64,000 nucleotides of DNA from Nitrospinales bacterium (GTDB lineage: Bacteria > Nitrospinota > Nitrospinia > Nitrospinales > VA-1), in contig CBDCWG010000001.1 in assembly GCA_965223345.1 (NCBI GenBank), positions 1 through 64,000 on the forward strand, written 5' to 3'. The notes under the pieces were generated by a model, which was not told the origin of the DNA, did not search any database, and saw only the letters and a list, made by a program, of their open reading frames with translations. The translations under genes were made by a program, and so were the position numbers. How positions within the stretch are numbered: position 1 is the stretch's first letter; each line of letters opens with the position of its first letter. Below are positions 1-8,762 of this stretch, in pieces.

Positions 1-54
1 TGCGGGAAAACGGGCAGGGGGCCGTGCGGCGATGACAGGATAAAAAGCCGGTTT

Positions 55-687
55 TCAGTTGGTTGGAGGTGCCGGGGTGAGCGGCTCGATGTGGGCGCGC
101 AGCGTCTGCGCCACTTCGCGGCTGAACGCTTCCAGAGTCTGGTTGAGCGCCGACACCGTGGCGTTGTAGTCGGCGCCGGCGGCCTGCGCTTCGTACACGG
201 ATTTTTTCATGGCGAGCACGGTTTCTTTACCCCGGTCATCGAGCCGGTACACCGTCCAGCGCACCGCCAGCGTGCTTTTGCCGCCGAGCGCGCCTTCAAA
301 CTGAATCACATCGGCTGCGACCTTGTGGTTCACCTTGGCGGCACGCCGCCACGGAAACAGAAAGATCCGGTTGGTGGGGATCAGCACCGACAGGTTTTCG
401 CCCAGGACGCGGGAAAAATTGTCCTTGAGCGGCTCCGCCCATTTATGGAATTCCGTGTAGTCCAGTTCGTTGCCCTCGGTGCGCGTCAGGATCTGCGGCC
501 GGTCCAGGTATTCCGGCATCACGATCGGGCCGATGCCGAGCACCACGTCATCCCGCTCGGCATCCTGGCCATTGGCGGCGGGCAGGGAGTTGAGAACGTA
601 GAAGCGGGACAGTTCCGTGTGCGCACACGCCACCGTCAACGCGAGCAGCGTGCCAAGCAGAAACAGTTTCGTTTTCGTAACGTGCAT
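55..687 (-). CDS. pqiC: PqiC-like (DUF330) outer-membrane lipoprotein, MCE transport auxiliary subunit
   Basis: Lipoprotein signal with lipobox LTVAC; motifs P.YLDRPQI and W.EPL; last gene after pqiA/pqiB homologues. Confidence 0.88.
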   Translation of the reverse strand: MHVTKTKLFLLGTLLALTVACAHTELSRFYVLNSLPAANGQDAERDDVVLGIGPIVMPEYLDRPQILTRTEGNELDYTEFHKWAEPLKDNFSRVLGENLSVLIPTNRIFLFPWRRAAKVNHKVAADVIQFEGALGGKSTLAVRWTVYRLDDRGKETVLAMKKSVYEAQAAGADYNATVSALNQTLEAFSREVAQTLRAHIEPLTPAPPTN

Positions 688-690
688 GTG

Positions 691-2358
691 TTATCTCCGC
701 GGTCCCGCCTTGCCGTGCACCAGCGCTTCGGGATGCCGTTCCAGGTAGTCGGCCAGGATGCGCATCGAACGCGCCGCACCGGACAATTCTTCGAGGCTCT
801 TGGCGAGATCGACGCGGATCGGCGAATCTTCCGAAATCATCGATTCCATCTCCGCGAGTGCGGACTCGCCCTTTTCCAGTGTCGTGGCCAGGGGAGCGAT
901 CACCTTGCCGTCGATGCTTCCCAGAAACGACTGCAACTGCTCCATCGACTGATTGAACGAAGCGATGCTGTCCTCGACCTCGACCGAATCCACCAGCCGC
1001 TGCACGCTCTTGGCCGTGACGATCAGGCTGCGGATCAACTCTTCCAGCGGCAGCTCTTTCAGATCCTGCATGATCTCGGTGGTCGTCTTGGCGATTTCAT
1101 CCAGCGTCGAGGGCAGCGTCGGGATTTCCGGGTAGCCGTTGTCGCCCCCGATCAGATTGAGCGGGGTGTCGGGCAACAGATCCATCTCGACGAACAACTG
1201 CCCGGTCAGCAGGCTTCCGGTCTTGAGCCGCGCCCGCAGGCCGCGCTGCACCAGCCGCTCCACATCCCGCACCGGATTGTCCGAAGGTTTGCCGATGGTT
1301 TTCACCCGCTCCGGCTGCAACTCGATCAGCACCGGAATGCGGATGTCGAGCGTTTTTTCGTTGTACTCCATGCGCACTTCTTTGACCCGCCCCACCTGGA
1401 TGCCGCGGAATTCGACCGGCGCGCCCACTTTCAACCCGCGCACCGAACCGTCGAAGTACATGATGAGATCGACGCTGCGCGTGAACTCGTTCACGGTGTC
1501 CTCATACGATGAGTGCAGCCTGAAAACCGCGTTCTCCGGCGGCGGCGCGCCGGCGGGCAGGTTTCCCGGTGTGTAAAAGGCGATCCCTCCGGCGAGCATG
1601 GAGGCCAGCGATTCCGTCCGCATCTTGATCCCGTCCGCCGTGACGGATGCTTCGAATCCGCTCAGGTTCCAGAATTTCGACTCCCGGCGCACCAGCTTGT
1701 CGTAGGGCTCCTTGATGAAGATGTGCAGATCGACGCCCTGGGTGTCATCGGTGATCTCGTAACCGAGCACTTCCCCCACCTGAATGTCGCGAAAGAAAAT
1801 CGGCGACCCGTTGTTCAGCGAGCCCAGCGAATCCGCCTTGAGCACGTACTTGATGCCCGGCGCGTCCTTGCGCACCACCGGCGGGTTCTCCAGCGCCGTG
1901 AACGCCAGCGCCGCTTTGCCGGGGCCCGGTTCCATCTCGACGTACACGCCGGAGACCAGCGTTTCTAGGCCGGTGACCCGGGTGGCGCTGATCCTCGGGC
2001 GCACCAGCCAGAACTGCGTGCCTTCTTTCAGGTGCGGCTCCGCCGACTTGTGCAGCTCGGCCGTGACCACGACGTGCGAGAGATCCTCGCTGAGCGCGAC
2101 GGTTTTCACGACGCCCACTTCCACGGACCGGTATTTGATCCGGGTCTTGTCCTCTTCCAGCCCGCCGCCGTCCTTGAACACGACGGTGATCGTCGGTCCT
2201 TTTTCCGTGACGGTCTTGTAGGCCAGTCCGGCTCCGATGATCGCCGCGACGAGGGGGATCAGCCACACGAAAGAGATCCCCGGTTTTTCCTGCACCGCAA
2301 CTTCCGGCAGCGGTTCCAATTCGTCGGGCTCGTCATAATCCCGGTACTCTTCGCTCAC
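691..2358 (-). CDS. pqiB: PqiB-like intermembrane transport protein with three MCE domains
   Basis: N-terminal TM (ISFVWLIPLVA) and three MCE repeats (GLEEDKTRIKYRSVEVG, GSLNNGSPIFFRDIQVG, GLKVGAPVEFRGIQVG); C-terminal LERHPEAL; GTG start at 2358 overlaps the upstream stop (GTGA); the longer ORF-track start is spurious. Confidence 0.92.
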   Translation of the reverse strand: MSEEYRDYDEPDELEPLPEVAVQEKPGISFVWLIPLVAAIIGAGLAYKTVTEKGPTITVVFKDGGGLEEDKTRIKYRSVEVGVVKTVALSEDLSHVVVTAELHKSAEPHLKEGTQFWLVRPRISATRVTGLETLVSGVYVEMEPGPGKAALAFTALENPPVVRKDAPGIKYVLKADSLGSLNNGSPIFFRDIQVGEVLGYEITDDTQGVDLHIFIKEPYDKLVRRESKFWNLSGFEASVTADGIKMRTESLASMLAGGIAFYTPGNLPAGAPPPENAVFRLHSSYEDTVNEFTRSVDLIMYFDGSVRGLKVGAPVEFRGIQVGRVKEVRMEYNEKTLDIRIPVLIELQPERVKTIGKPSDNPVRDVERLVQRGLRARLKTGSLLTGQLFVEMDLLPDTPLNLIGGDNGYPEIPTLPSTLDEIAKTTTEIMQDLKELPLEELIRSLIVTAKSVQRLVDSVEVEDSIASFNQSMEQLQSFLGSIDGKVIAPLATTLEKGESALAEMESMISEDSPIRVDLAKSLEELSGAARSMRILADYLERHPEALVHGKAGPRR

Positions 2359-2993
2359 CGCTTCCCCCTTTCCATCGCATCCCAGATCAGGCGGGGATCG
2401 AAGGTCATGGCCGCGATCATGGTGAGCACCACGACACTGGCGAAAAAGCTGGCCCCGGCGCCCGGATCGATCGTCGCCAGCGAACCCAGTTTCACCAGGG
2501 CGATGAGGATGGAGATCATGAACACATCGAGCATCGACCAGCGCCCCACCGCATCGACGATGCGGTACAACCGCGTGCGGTCCTGCGGCCGCCATGCCGA
2601 TCGCCTCTGCACCGAAATCAGAAGATACGCCAGTCCGAGGATTTTCATCAAAGGCACCACGAAGCTGGCGAAGAACACCAAGAGCGCCAGCGCCCACATC
2701 CGGTTCTCGATCAGGGTCACCACGCCGCTCAGGATCGTGTCCGGTTCTCCCTCGCCGAACGAGATCACCGTCATCACCGGCAGCGTGTTCGCCGGGATGT
2801 AAAAGATCATCGCAGCGATGATCAGCGCCCAGGTGCGTGCGAGGCTGTTCGGCTTGCGATGGTGCAGCGTCGCGCCGCAGCGCGGGCACAGCGATTTCAC
2901 CGTTTTCACCCAGTGCGGCGCGCGGCTCAACTGGCCGCACACGTGGCAGCCGATCAGCGACGCTGCGAGCGCGGTTTTGGCATGGATGTTCAT
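2355..2993 (-). CDS. pqiA: Paraquat-inducible protein A, C-terminal-half subunit
   Basis: CHVC...CPRC, YIPANTLP, GRWSMLDVF and FDPRLIWD motifs; ATG at 2993 overlaps the upstream TGA (ATGA). Confidence 0.9.
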   Translation of the reverse strand: MNIHAKTALAASLIGCHVCGQLSRAPHWVKTVKSLCPRCGATLHHRKPNSLARTWALIIAAMIFYIPANTLPVMTVISFGEGEPDTILSGVVTLIENRMWALALLVFFASFVVPLMKILGLAYLLISVQRRSAWRPQDRTRLYRIVDAVGRWSMLDVFMISILIALVKLGSLATIDPGAGASFFASVVVLTMIAAMTFDPRLIWDAMERGKR

Positions 2994-3589
2994 CGCAGTT
3001 TTTCCATCCGTTCCCAGACGCTTTCCGGATCCCAGCAAGCGTCCGCCGCCGCCGTGAGCAGGATCAGCGTCGCGAACGAATACAGAGCGATTCCCGGGAT
3101 GATGGTGGCGAGGTCCGACAGTTTGACATAGGCCACCAGCACGCCGAGCATGTAGACCTCCATCATCGCCCAGGGATGCAGCGCCTGCACCGTGCGGAAC
3201 ACCGGGGCCAGCTTCCAGGGTTTGCGGCCCAGATGCAGCGGAAACAGAATCCAGGTCATGCCGCTGAGTTTGAGCAGCGGCAGCAACACGCTGGTGCCCA
3301 GCACCAGAACCGCGAGTCCCTGCATTCCCCGCTCGTACAACTCGCGCACCCCCGAGATCAGCGTGCTCTCCTGAACGCGCCCTTCCATGTCGAACGTCAT
3401 GAAAGGATAGACATTGGCCAGCACGAAAAAGATCAGCCCCGCCAGCGTGAAGGTCAGCGGCCGGTCGAGGCCGTGCTTCACTTTGCGGTACAGGGCCGCG
3501 CCGCAGCGGACGCAGCGCGCCACCTCGCCGAAATGCAGGGAAACTTTTTTCTGCAACAGATCGCAGTCGTGACAGGCGATCGCATTCAT
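2990..3589 (-). CDS. pqiA: Paraquat-inducible protein A, N-terminal-half subunit
   Basis: CHDC...CVRC, LANVYPF, PWAMMEVY motifs; GGAG RBS upstream of ATG 3589. Confidence 0.9.
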   Translation of the reverse strand: MNAIACHDCDLLQKKVSLHFGEVARCVRCGAALYRKVKHGLDRPLTFTLAGLIFFVLANVYPFMTFDMEGRVQESTLISGVRELYERGMQGLAVLVLGTSVLLPLLKLSGMTWILFPLHLGRKPWKLAPVFRTVQALHPWAMMEVYMLGVLVAYVKLSDLATIIPGIALYSFATLILLTAAADACWDPESVWERMEKLR

Positions 3590-3675
3590 GCGCCGCACTC
3601 CATAACGATGAACGATGACTCCGGCGTGGGATGGACGACCCTGAAGCCATCCATGAAACCGGAATGAGAGCAAGA

Positions 3676-3681
3676 ATTATA
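3676..3681 (-). promoter_or_regulatory. Candidate sigma70 -10 box (TATAAT) for the pqi operon
   Basis: Perfect TATAAT on the minus strand in GC-rich context about 90 nt upstream of the pqiA start; no clear -35. Confidence 0.4.
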
Positions 3682-3856
3682 CCCTGCCGTCGGGGGGCAG
3701 GACAGGGGCAGCGGGACGGCGCACGCATGTGAATTCATGTAAATTTGCAGAAAGAGAATCAAATTTTAAAACACCGTCCGTGAAAGAGCCGCGTTGCTTG
3801 CCGGTATTTTGACGCTTCCGCAATGCCTGCTTTTGCAGCCATCGCATGCAAAGCCC

Positions 3857-4384
3857 TCATTGCGCTTCGTTCGCGACCGGGGGCAGCAGGTCCTCGAGAA
3901 AAAACGCCGCCAGCTCGGAACGGTTCGCCAGACCGGTCTTCTGATAGATCGCCTGCGACTGCTGCTGCACCGTTTTCACCTTGGTGCGGCGCAGTTCCGC
4001 GATTTCCTTTAAGGAAAATCCCTTGAGCAGCAGAAAACCCACCTCGGTCTCGGCGCGGGTCAGCTTCCATTTGGCGAACTGGCCTTCGATCTTGACCGAA
4101 AGCCCGGCGAGCATCTGACGCGATTGCTCCTGCCACGCGTGCTTTTCCCGGTTCAGGGTTTCCAGGTCGCTCTGCAGAGTCCGGATCCGGTGTCTGGCGT
4201 CGAAAAGCTGCTTCGTCCCCAGAGCGAAATACGCCGCGCTGGCCGTCAGCAACAGCCCTTCCAATAACAGATGCCCGCCAGAGCTGCCGTTGCGGTAATC
4301 GGTGAAAAGATCCAGCCCGATGAGCAGCGCGAACGCGCCCGACCCCCCCAGCATCCAGACCGGGATTTTGAAGCCATCCTCCAT
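3857..4384 (-). CDS. Membrane-anchored LuxR-family HTH transcriptional regulator
   Basis: Two N-terminal hydrophobic helices, a coiled-coil linker, then LTRAETEVGFLLLKGFSLKEIAELR...TV...IYQK LuxR HTH; no receiver domain. Confidence 0.85.
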   Translation of the reverse strand: MEDGFKIPVWMLGGSGAFALLIGLDLFTDYRNGSSGGHLLLEGLLLTASAAYFALGTKQLFDARHRIRTLQSDLETLNREKHAWQEQSRQMLAGLSVKIEGQFAKWKLTRAETEVGFLLLKGFSLKEIAELRRTKVKTVQQQSQAIYQKTGLANRSELAAFFLEDLLPPVANEAQ

Positions 4385-4507
4385 TTCCCCTAGATCCCCT
4401 CTAAATAATTGATAGTAATATTATTATTTGTATGCCAAAGCCCGGATGGTGTCCGCGTGATCGCGCGACGATACTGTGGGAAAATAAATGTTTTCAAGGA
4501 GGTTATC

Positions 4508-5038
4508 ATGTTTGATTTGCCATTGCATCCGGTCGCGGTTCATTTCCCCATCGTCATCGGCGTGGTTCTGCCGTTCATCGCGTTGGGCCTGCTCTGGGCG
4601 ATCCGTAAAGACCGCATCCAGCAGAAGGTCTGGATCGGGGTGACCGTGCTGGCCCTGGCGTACGGGGCGTCCGCCTGGGTCGCCGCGGAGCTGGGCGAGG
4701 AAGACGAGGACAAGGTCGAGAAGGTGGTGGCCGAGGAAGTGCTCGAGGAGCACGAAGAAGCGGGCGAGCGGCTCCCCTGGATCGCCGGCGGGCTCGTGAT
4801 CCTGTCATTGGGGGGCCTGATGACCCGGCACGCCCGCAAGGCTCAGATCGCGTTCGTGGTGCTGAGTCTCGTGGCGATCGTGCCCCTGGCCCAGACCGGG
4901 CATTCCGGCGGCAAACTGGTGTATCAGTATGGCGCCGCCAACGCGCATCTGCCGGAGAAAGTCCGCGCCGCCCTTCCGCTGATCCAGTACGACGAAGAGG
5001 AGCACGAACACGCTGAAAAGGAGGACGACGATGATTGA
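4508..5038 (+). CDS. DUF2231-like four-TM membrane protein
   Basis: LHP.AVHFP, EEHEEAG and TGHSGGKLVY.YG motifs; AAGGAGG RBS before ATG 4508. Confidence 0.8.
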   Translation: MFDLPLHPVAVHFPIVIGVVLPFIALGLLWAIRKDRIQQKVWIGVTVLALAYGASAWVAAELGEEDEDKVEKVVAEEVLEEHEEAGERLPWIAGGLVILSLGGLMTRHARKAQIAFVVLSLVAIVPLAQTGHSGGKLVYQYGAANAHLPEKVRAALPLIQYDEEEHEHAEKEDDDD

Positions 5039-5041
5039 CCG

Positions 5042-6088
5042 CTACCCGGTGTCGCTCAGGAACTGGACCTTGAGGGGTTTTTTGAACGCCGCCGAGAGCC
5101 TCTGTTCGATGAGCTCGGAGAAATTTTCCTCCACCGTTTTTTCGAACGATTTTCCGGGGCAATAGATCACGGCGATGTCCTTGTGCACCCCTCCGAAGCG
5201 CAGCGGATCGATCCAGGTGTGAAAGTTTTCCGGCAGAATTTCCGTCTCGATGGTTTTCAAGACCCGGCCCCATCGACGGGCTTCGACGCGGTCGATGACC
5301 GGCCGGGGCGGCGGCGCAGGCGGGGGTGCGGTGGATTTTCTTTTTTGCGCTTTCAGGGCGTTCGCCGCCGGTTCCAGGTAGTTGCTCACCTGCCCTTTGA
5401 ACACCGCGATGTTGCGCGGTTTTTTTCCCTGGACGAGATAAGGGTCGCTGGATTGCAAAAAAAGCATCCAGGCTTCGAGCAGCTGTTCGGGGTCGCCCAC
5501 CGACTGCATCAACTCCTGCACGCGCTTTGTGTCCTTTTCCCGGTCGATCAACAGGGTGGAGGAGCGGATGGCTGCGTGGGTTTTTTTTGCAAACTCAAAA
5601 AACATCGAGACCGTCTTATCCTCTTCTCTCTTTGAAGCTGAAGTTGAAACTGAAACTGAAGATGAAGGGGTTTCGTTGAGGAAATCCATCTGATCGGGGT
5701 GCGCCGTTCGTTTGCTTGTTTTTTGCTTAAGCAAATTGGGATTGCCGCCTTTCTTGCCCGCTTCCTTCCGTTTGCTGCGGATCTCTTCGTCCCGCACCAT
5801 GCGGGCGTTGTAGATGATCCCGGTCTCCGGTTCGATTTTGGCCACGCCGTAGTCCACCAGTTTGCTGAGGATCTGCTTGCATTTTTCCGTCTCGAGGCCC
5901 AACAGACGGGCCAGCGCTTCTTCCGGCATTTTTTTGCCGTTGAGCAGCAGTTTGCCCCGCTGTTCCGATTCCCAAAGGATGCAGAGGATTTCAAACCAGA
6001 CCCCGCGTTCGAAATAGCCGAGAGCCTGAACGCCGGGATCTTTTCTCCAATCACCCGGATAAAATTGAATAGCGGGTAACTTGCTCAT
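5042..6088 (-). CDS. Phage-type replication initiator-like protein (DUF1376/YdaU-like N-terminus) with C-terminal DnaA domain I-like module
   Basis: N-terminal KLPAIQFYPGDW...RMVRD...AGKKGGNP; C-terminal WGRVLKTIETEILPENFHTWIDPL...VIYCP..F....VEENF...I resembles the DnaA N-terminal domain. Confidence 0.65.
   Translation of the reverse strand: MSKLPAIQFYPGDWRKDPGVQALGYFERGVWFEILCILWESEQRGKLLLNGKKMPEEALARLLGLETEKCKQILSKLVDYGVAKIEPETGIIYNARMVRDEEIRSKRKEAGKKGGNPNLLKQKTSKRTAHPDQMDFLNETPSSSVSVSTSASKREEDKTVSMFFEFAKKTHAAIRSSTLLIDREKDTKRVQELMQSVGDPEQLLEAWMLFLQSSDPYLVQGKKPRNIAVFKGQVSNYLEPAANALKAQKRKSTAPPPAPPPRPVIDRVEARRWGRVLKTIETEILPENFHTWIDPLRFGGVHKDIAVIYCPGKSFEKTVEENFSELIEQRLSAAFKKPLKVQFLSDTG
5633..5668. 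repeat. Six tandem imperfect hexamers TGAA(A/G)N inside the replication-protein gene
   Basis: tgaagc tgaagt tgaaac tgaaac tgaaga tgaagg; encodes PSSSVSVSTSAS on the minus strand. Confidence 0.8.
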
Positions 6089-6927
6089 GACCGGAAAAGA
6101 GACGCAGAATTATTAGAATGAGTCGCGAAAGAGTAAACGGGAACAGCATGTATAGGGTTGCGCGATCGCGTTCGAACATGCTTGAACAACGCAGCCCATT
6201 GGAAGCGGATGCACGATCCGCGGAAGATCTCGGGGGTTTTTCTCCTATTTTTCAATTGTACGCGTCCGGGTTCGGGAAGCCAATACGCGCGAAAGAAATT
6301 TTAATGTGGTTTAGATCTCAACTCGAAGAACCATCGATTCAAAGCCTTCCGAGGCCCCCGTGTTACGTTTACCACCGACGTTTTTTTGCCATTGAGCTGA
6401 CGCGTGAACCCTGAAAATTCAGTATCCGGTTTTTCTGTGGGGTTGCTGCCGAGAGACATGGCGGACGCTGCCTGCAAGCGATGAAGAAAACACCGGCGGC
6501 ACGCCGGGGAAACCCCTCAGGGTTGGTCCGCGAGCGAGTTTTCATCCGGCAGCGAAATCCCCGCACAGACCGTCCGCCGGACCGGGAAGCGTTGCGCAGG
6601 ACGAAAAAGTTTTTCTGCCGGGACCGCCCCCGCAAACGGCTCGCAAAACGAGTTGAAAAACCGCAATTATTGCGAAAAATGCCAACGGTTGTCGGACAAT
6701 GGATTCCATGTAAATATTTATTTTCATTGAACTTATTTCGTTCAGCCCGTATCCTGAGGGTAAATCTGTCAGCCAGCCCGAATCACTCCCGATGGAGTGC
6801 CCCGATTCCTCATTTTCCCGCACTGCGAAGCCGCCGCGGCTCGTCATTGGGGGACGTGTGGAGCGGTTTGCGGCACGCCGGGCCGGCGCCGGAAGAATTC
6901 GAAATTGAAGGAAAGACACATCGCACT

Positions 6928-7911
6928 ATGACCATTCAAGACGGGACGCTCCCGACCCAGACTCCCACAACCGAAGACCCGGAAGAAAACTGTAAAGTCA
7001 TCAACGGACGCCTGATCCTGGTGTCCCTGTTGTGGGCCGCGGTCATCATCGCCAGGGATTTCACCGTGCCCTCTGAAGTGGCCGTGGCGGTGCCCTACAT
7101 CGGCCTCGTCCTGATGGGGCTGTGGCTGCCGAACCGGCACTACATTCCCGTAGCCGCTCTGGGAGCCACACTGCTCACCATCCTCGGATTTATGAACCAG
7201 CCGATGCAGGGGGATCTTTTGACCTGCCTGTTCCACCGCTTCATGGCGGTGCTGGCGATCTGGGTGACATCGATCCTGTGTTATGGATTCAAACGCGATG
7301 AGACGGTCCTGAAGGTCACGCGGGAGAGTCTGGAGCGGCAGGTCAAGGAATTGCGGGAACTGAAGGAAAAATTCGAATGGATCGCGCAAACCGACCCGCT
7401 CACCGAACTGCCGAACCGGCGCGGGATGAGCGAAAAACTGGAGTTTGAAAAACTGCGGTACAAGCGCAGCGAAAAACCCTTCGGCGTCATCCTGGCGGAC
7501 ATGGACAGCTTAAAGCAGATCAACGACCGCCTGGGGCACGACGCCGGCGACAAGATCCTGATCCAGATCGCAAAGATATTCAAGTTCTGCTGCCGCCGCA
7601 CCGACCTGGTGTCGCGCTGGGGCGGCGATGAGTTCATGGTGCTGCTTCCCGATACCGATCTGGAAGGCACGCGGACGATCGCCGAAAAAATTCGCGCCAA
7701 AATCGCCAGCCAGCCGTTCCGCTACGGGGCGCAGAAGATCTCGGTCGGCATGAGCTTCGGCGTCTGCGTGTACGATCAGGTCGGCCAGGATCTGAGCAGC
7801 CTCATCAAGCGGGCGGACGAATGCCTGTACAAGGCCAAGAGACAGGGAAAAGATAAAGTCGTGAGCCATCCTCCCACGCAGAATCAGGATGCGCTGTCCC
7901 CGGCAAAATGA
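6928..7911 (+). CDS. Membrane-bound diguanylate cyclase (GGDEF)
   Basis: About four N-terminal TM helices, coiled coil, DPLTELPNRR, RxxD I-site (RRTD) five residues before GGDEF; ATG 6928 with upstream purine-rich RBS. Confidence 0.92.
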   Translation: MTIQDGTLPTQTPTTEDPEENCKVINGRLILVSLLWAAVIIARDFTVPSEVAVAVPYIGLVLMGLWLPNRHYIPVAALGATLLTILGFMNQPMQGDLLTCLFHRFMAVLAIWVTSILCYGFKRDETVLKVTRESLERQVKELRELKEKFEWIAQTDPLTELPNRRGMSEKLEFEKLRYKRSEKPFGVILADMDSLKQINDRLGHDAGDKILIQIAKIFKFCCRRTDLVSRWGGDEFMVLLPDTDLEGTRTIAEKIRAKIASQPFRYGAQKISVGMSFGVCVYDQVGQDLSSLIKRADECLYKAKRQGKDKVVSHPPTQNQDALSPAK

Positions 7912-8516
7912 CGCGCCGCGCCATCCCGAGAGTTATTGCTATCCCGATCCTGCTGATGATCGGGCTCACCGCTCCTCCGGCCGCGGTGCCACCGCTCGCG
8001 GCACAAGAGAAGATCCACCGGGATGAACAAAAGGGAATCGAATTCCGCTACCCCGAAAAATTTGTGGTCGGTGCGTTTAAGCGGCAACCGTTTCCCGCGG
8101 AGCTGAAAGAGCGGGGCTACGAATCGCCGTTTCAGCATTCCATCGTGCTGGTCGAGATGGATCAGTTGCAACAGTTCTCCCGCGACGCGATTCCGGTAGG
8201 GGAAATCCCCGCTCTCTGGCTGGACGTGCAGTCCGGAATGCGTGCGAAGTTCACTGAAAAACAGTTTTTCAAAGCCCCGTTTCGCATCACCCTCGGCGGG
8301 CGCACCGTGTACCGGCTTCCGGGCTACCCGGGGCCCTACGGCGATCAGGCGCACTATTACCTCCTGCCCCTGGATGACGGCCGCATCCTGGAAGCCGCCG
8401 CCCACAGATACTATTTTCGCAGCGCTGAAGATTCCGCAGGAAACCCCCCCGACACCCACTACGGCGAGGTCCTCGAGTCCATCCTCGAATCCTTGACCTT
8501 CGACGCGCCGCAATAG
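7908..8516 (+). CDS. Hypothetical exported protein
   Basis: Signal-peptide-like N-terminus; ATGA overlap with the GGDEF gene; host-like codon usage. Confidence 0.75.
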   Translation: MTRRAIPRVIAIPILLMIGLTAPPAAVPPLAAQEKIHRDEQKGIEFRYPEKFVVGAFKRQPFPAELKERGYESPFQHSIVLVEMDQLQQFSRDAIPVGEIPALWLDVQSGMRAKFTEKQFFKAPFRITLGGRTVYRLPGYPGPYGDQAHYYLLPLDDGRILEAAAHRYYFRSAEDSAGNPPDTHYGEVLESILESLTFDAPQ

Positions 8517-8550
8517 CGGATTGAAAAACGGGCGAAGGGCGCGGCACAGC

Positions 8551-8567
8551 AGCCCCACGGGGTTTTT
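8551..8567 (+). terminator. Possible short intrinsic terminator
   Basis: AGCCCC-AC-GGGGTT hairpin followed by T residues 35 nt after the stop at 8516; the stem is short. Confidence 0.3.
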
Positions 8568-8575
8568 GCTATAAT
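8567..8575 (+). promoter_or_regulatory. Extended -10 promoter (TGnTATAAT)
   Basis: Exact TGCTATAAT upstream of the small ORF 8643-8717. Confidence 0.5.
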
Positions 8576-8642
8576 GCCCCTTCATGCTTGCGGGGCAGGC
8601 TCCCCTGTCTCCGTGTACCGTCAAGAAGGATGGGTCGAGTTC

Positions 8643-8717
8643 ATGCTTAAAGTCATGTCCTGGATGGTGGCGCTCAGCATCATTTTCGGATTTTTACTGA
8701 TGATCTTCAAAATGTAA
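8643..8717 (+). CDS. Putative small single-TM protein (24 aa; in-frame upstream starts at 8613 and 8574)
   Basis: MLKVMSWMVALSIIFGFLLMIFKM; upstream AAGAAGGA and extended -10; below the ORF-track size cut-off. Confidence 0.45.
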   Translation: MLKVMSWMVALSIIFGFLLMIFKM

Positions 8718-8762
8718 GTTTGTATCGATGTCCACGGTTTTGCCGCTGGCCTGAGATCGTTT

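Noticed and set aside
691..2940. ORF-track long N-terminal extensions of pqiB (also GGDEF from 6481, flippase to 11820, wecA to 58509, methyltransferase to 44974)
   Set aside because: Extensions overlap neighbouring genes or are low-complexity; shorter starts have RBS or stop/start coupling
2355..3589. Split pqiA as a pseudogene or frameshift
   Set aside because: Both halves have their own start, Cys motifs and ATGA coupling; two-gene pqiA is a known arrangement
5042..6927. Prophage or chromosomal origin (dnaA/oriC)
   Set aside because: No other phage genes, no AAA+ or DnaA domain IV, and no cluster of DnaA boxes seen in the adjacent spacer
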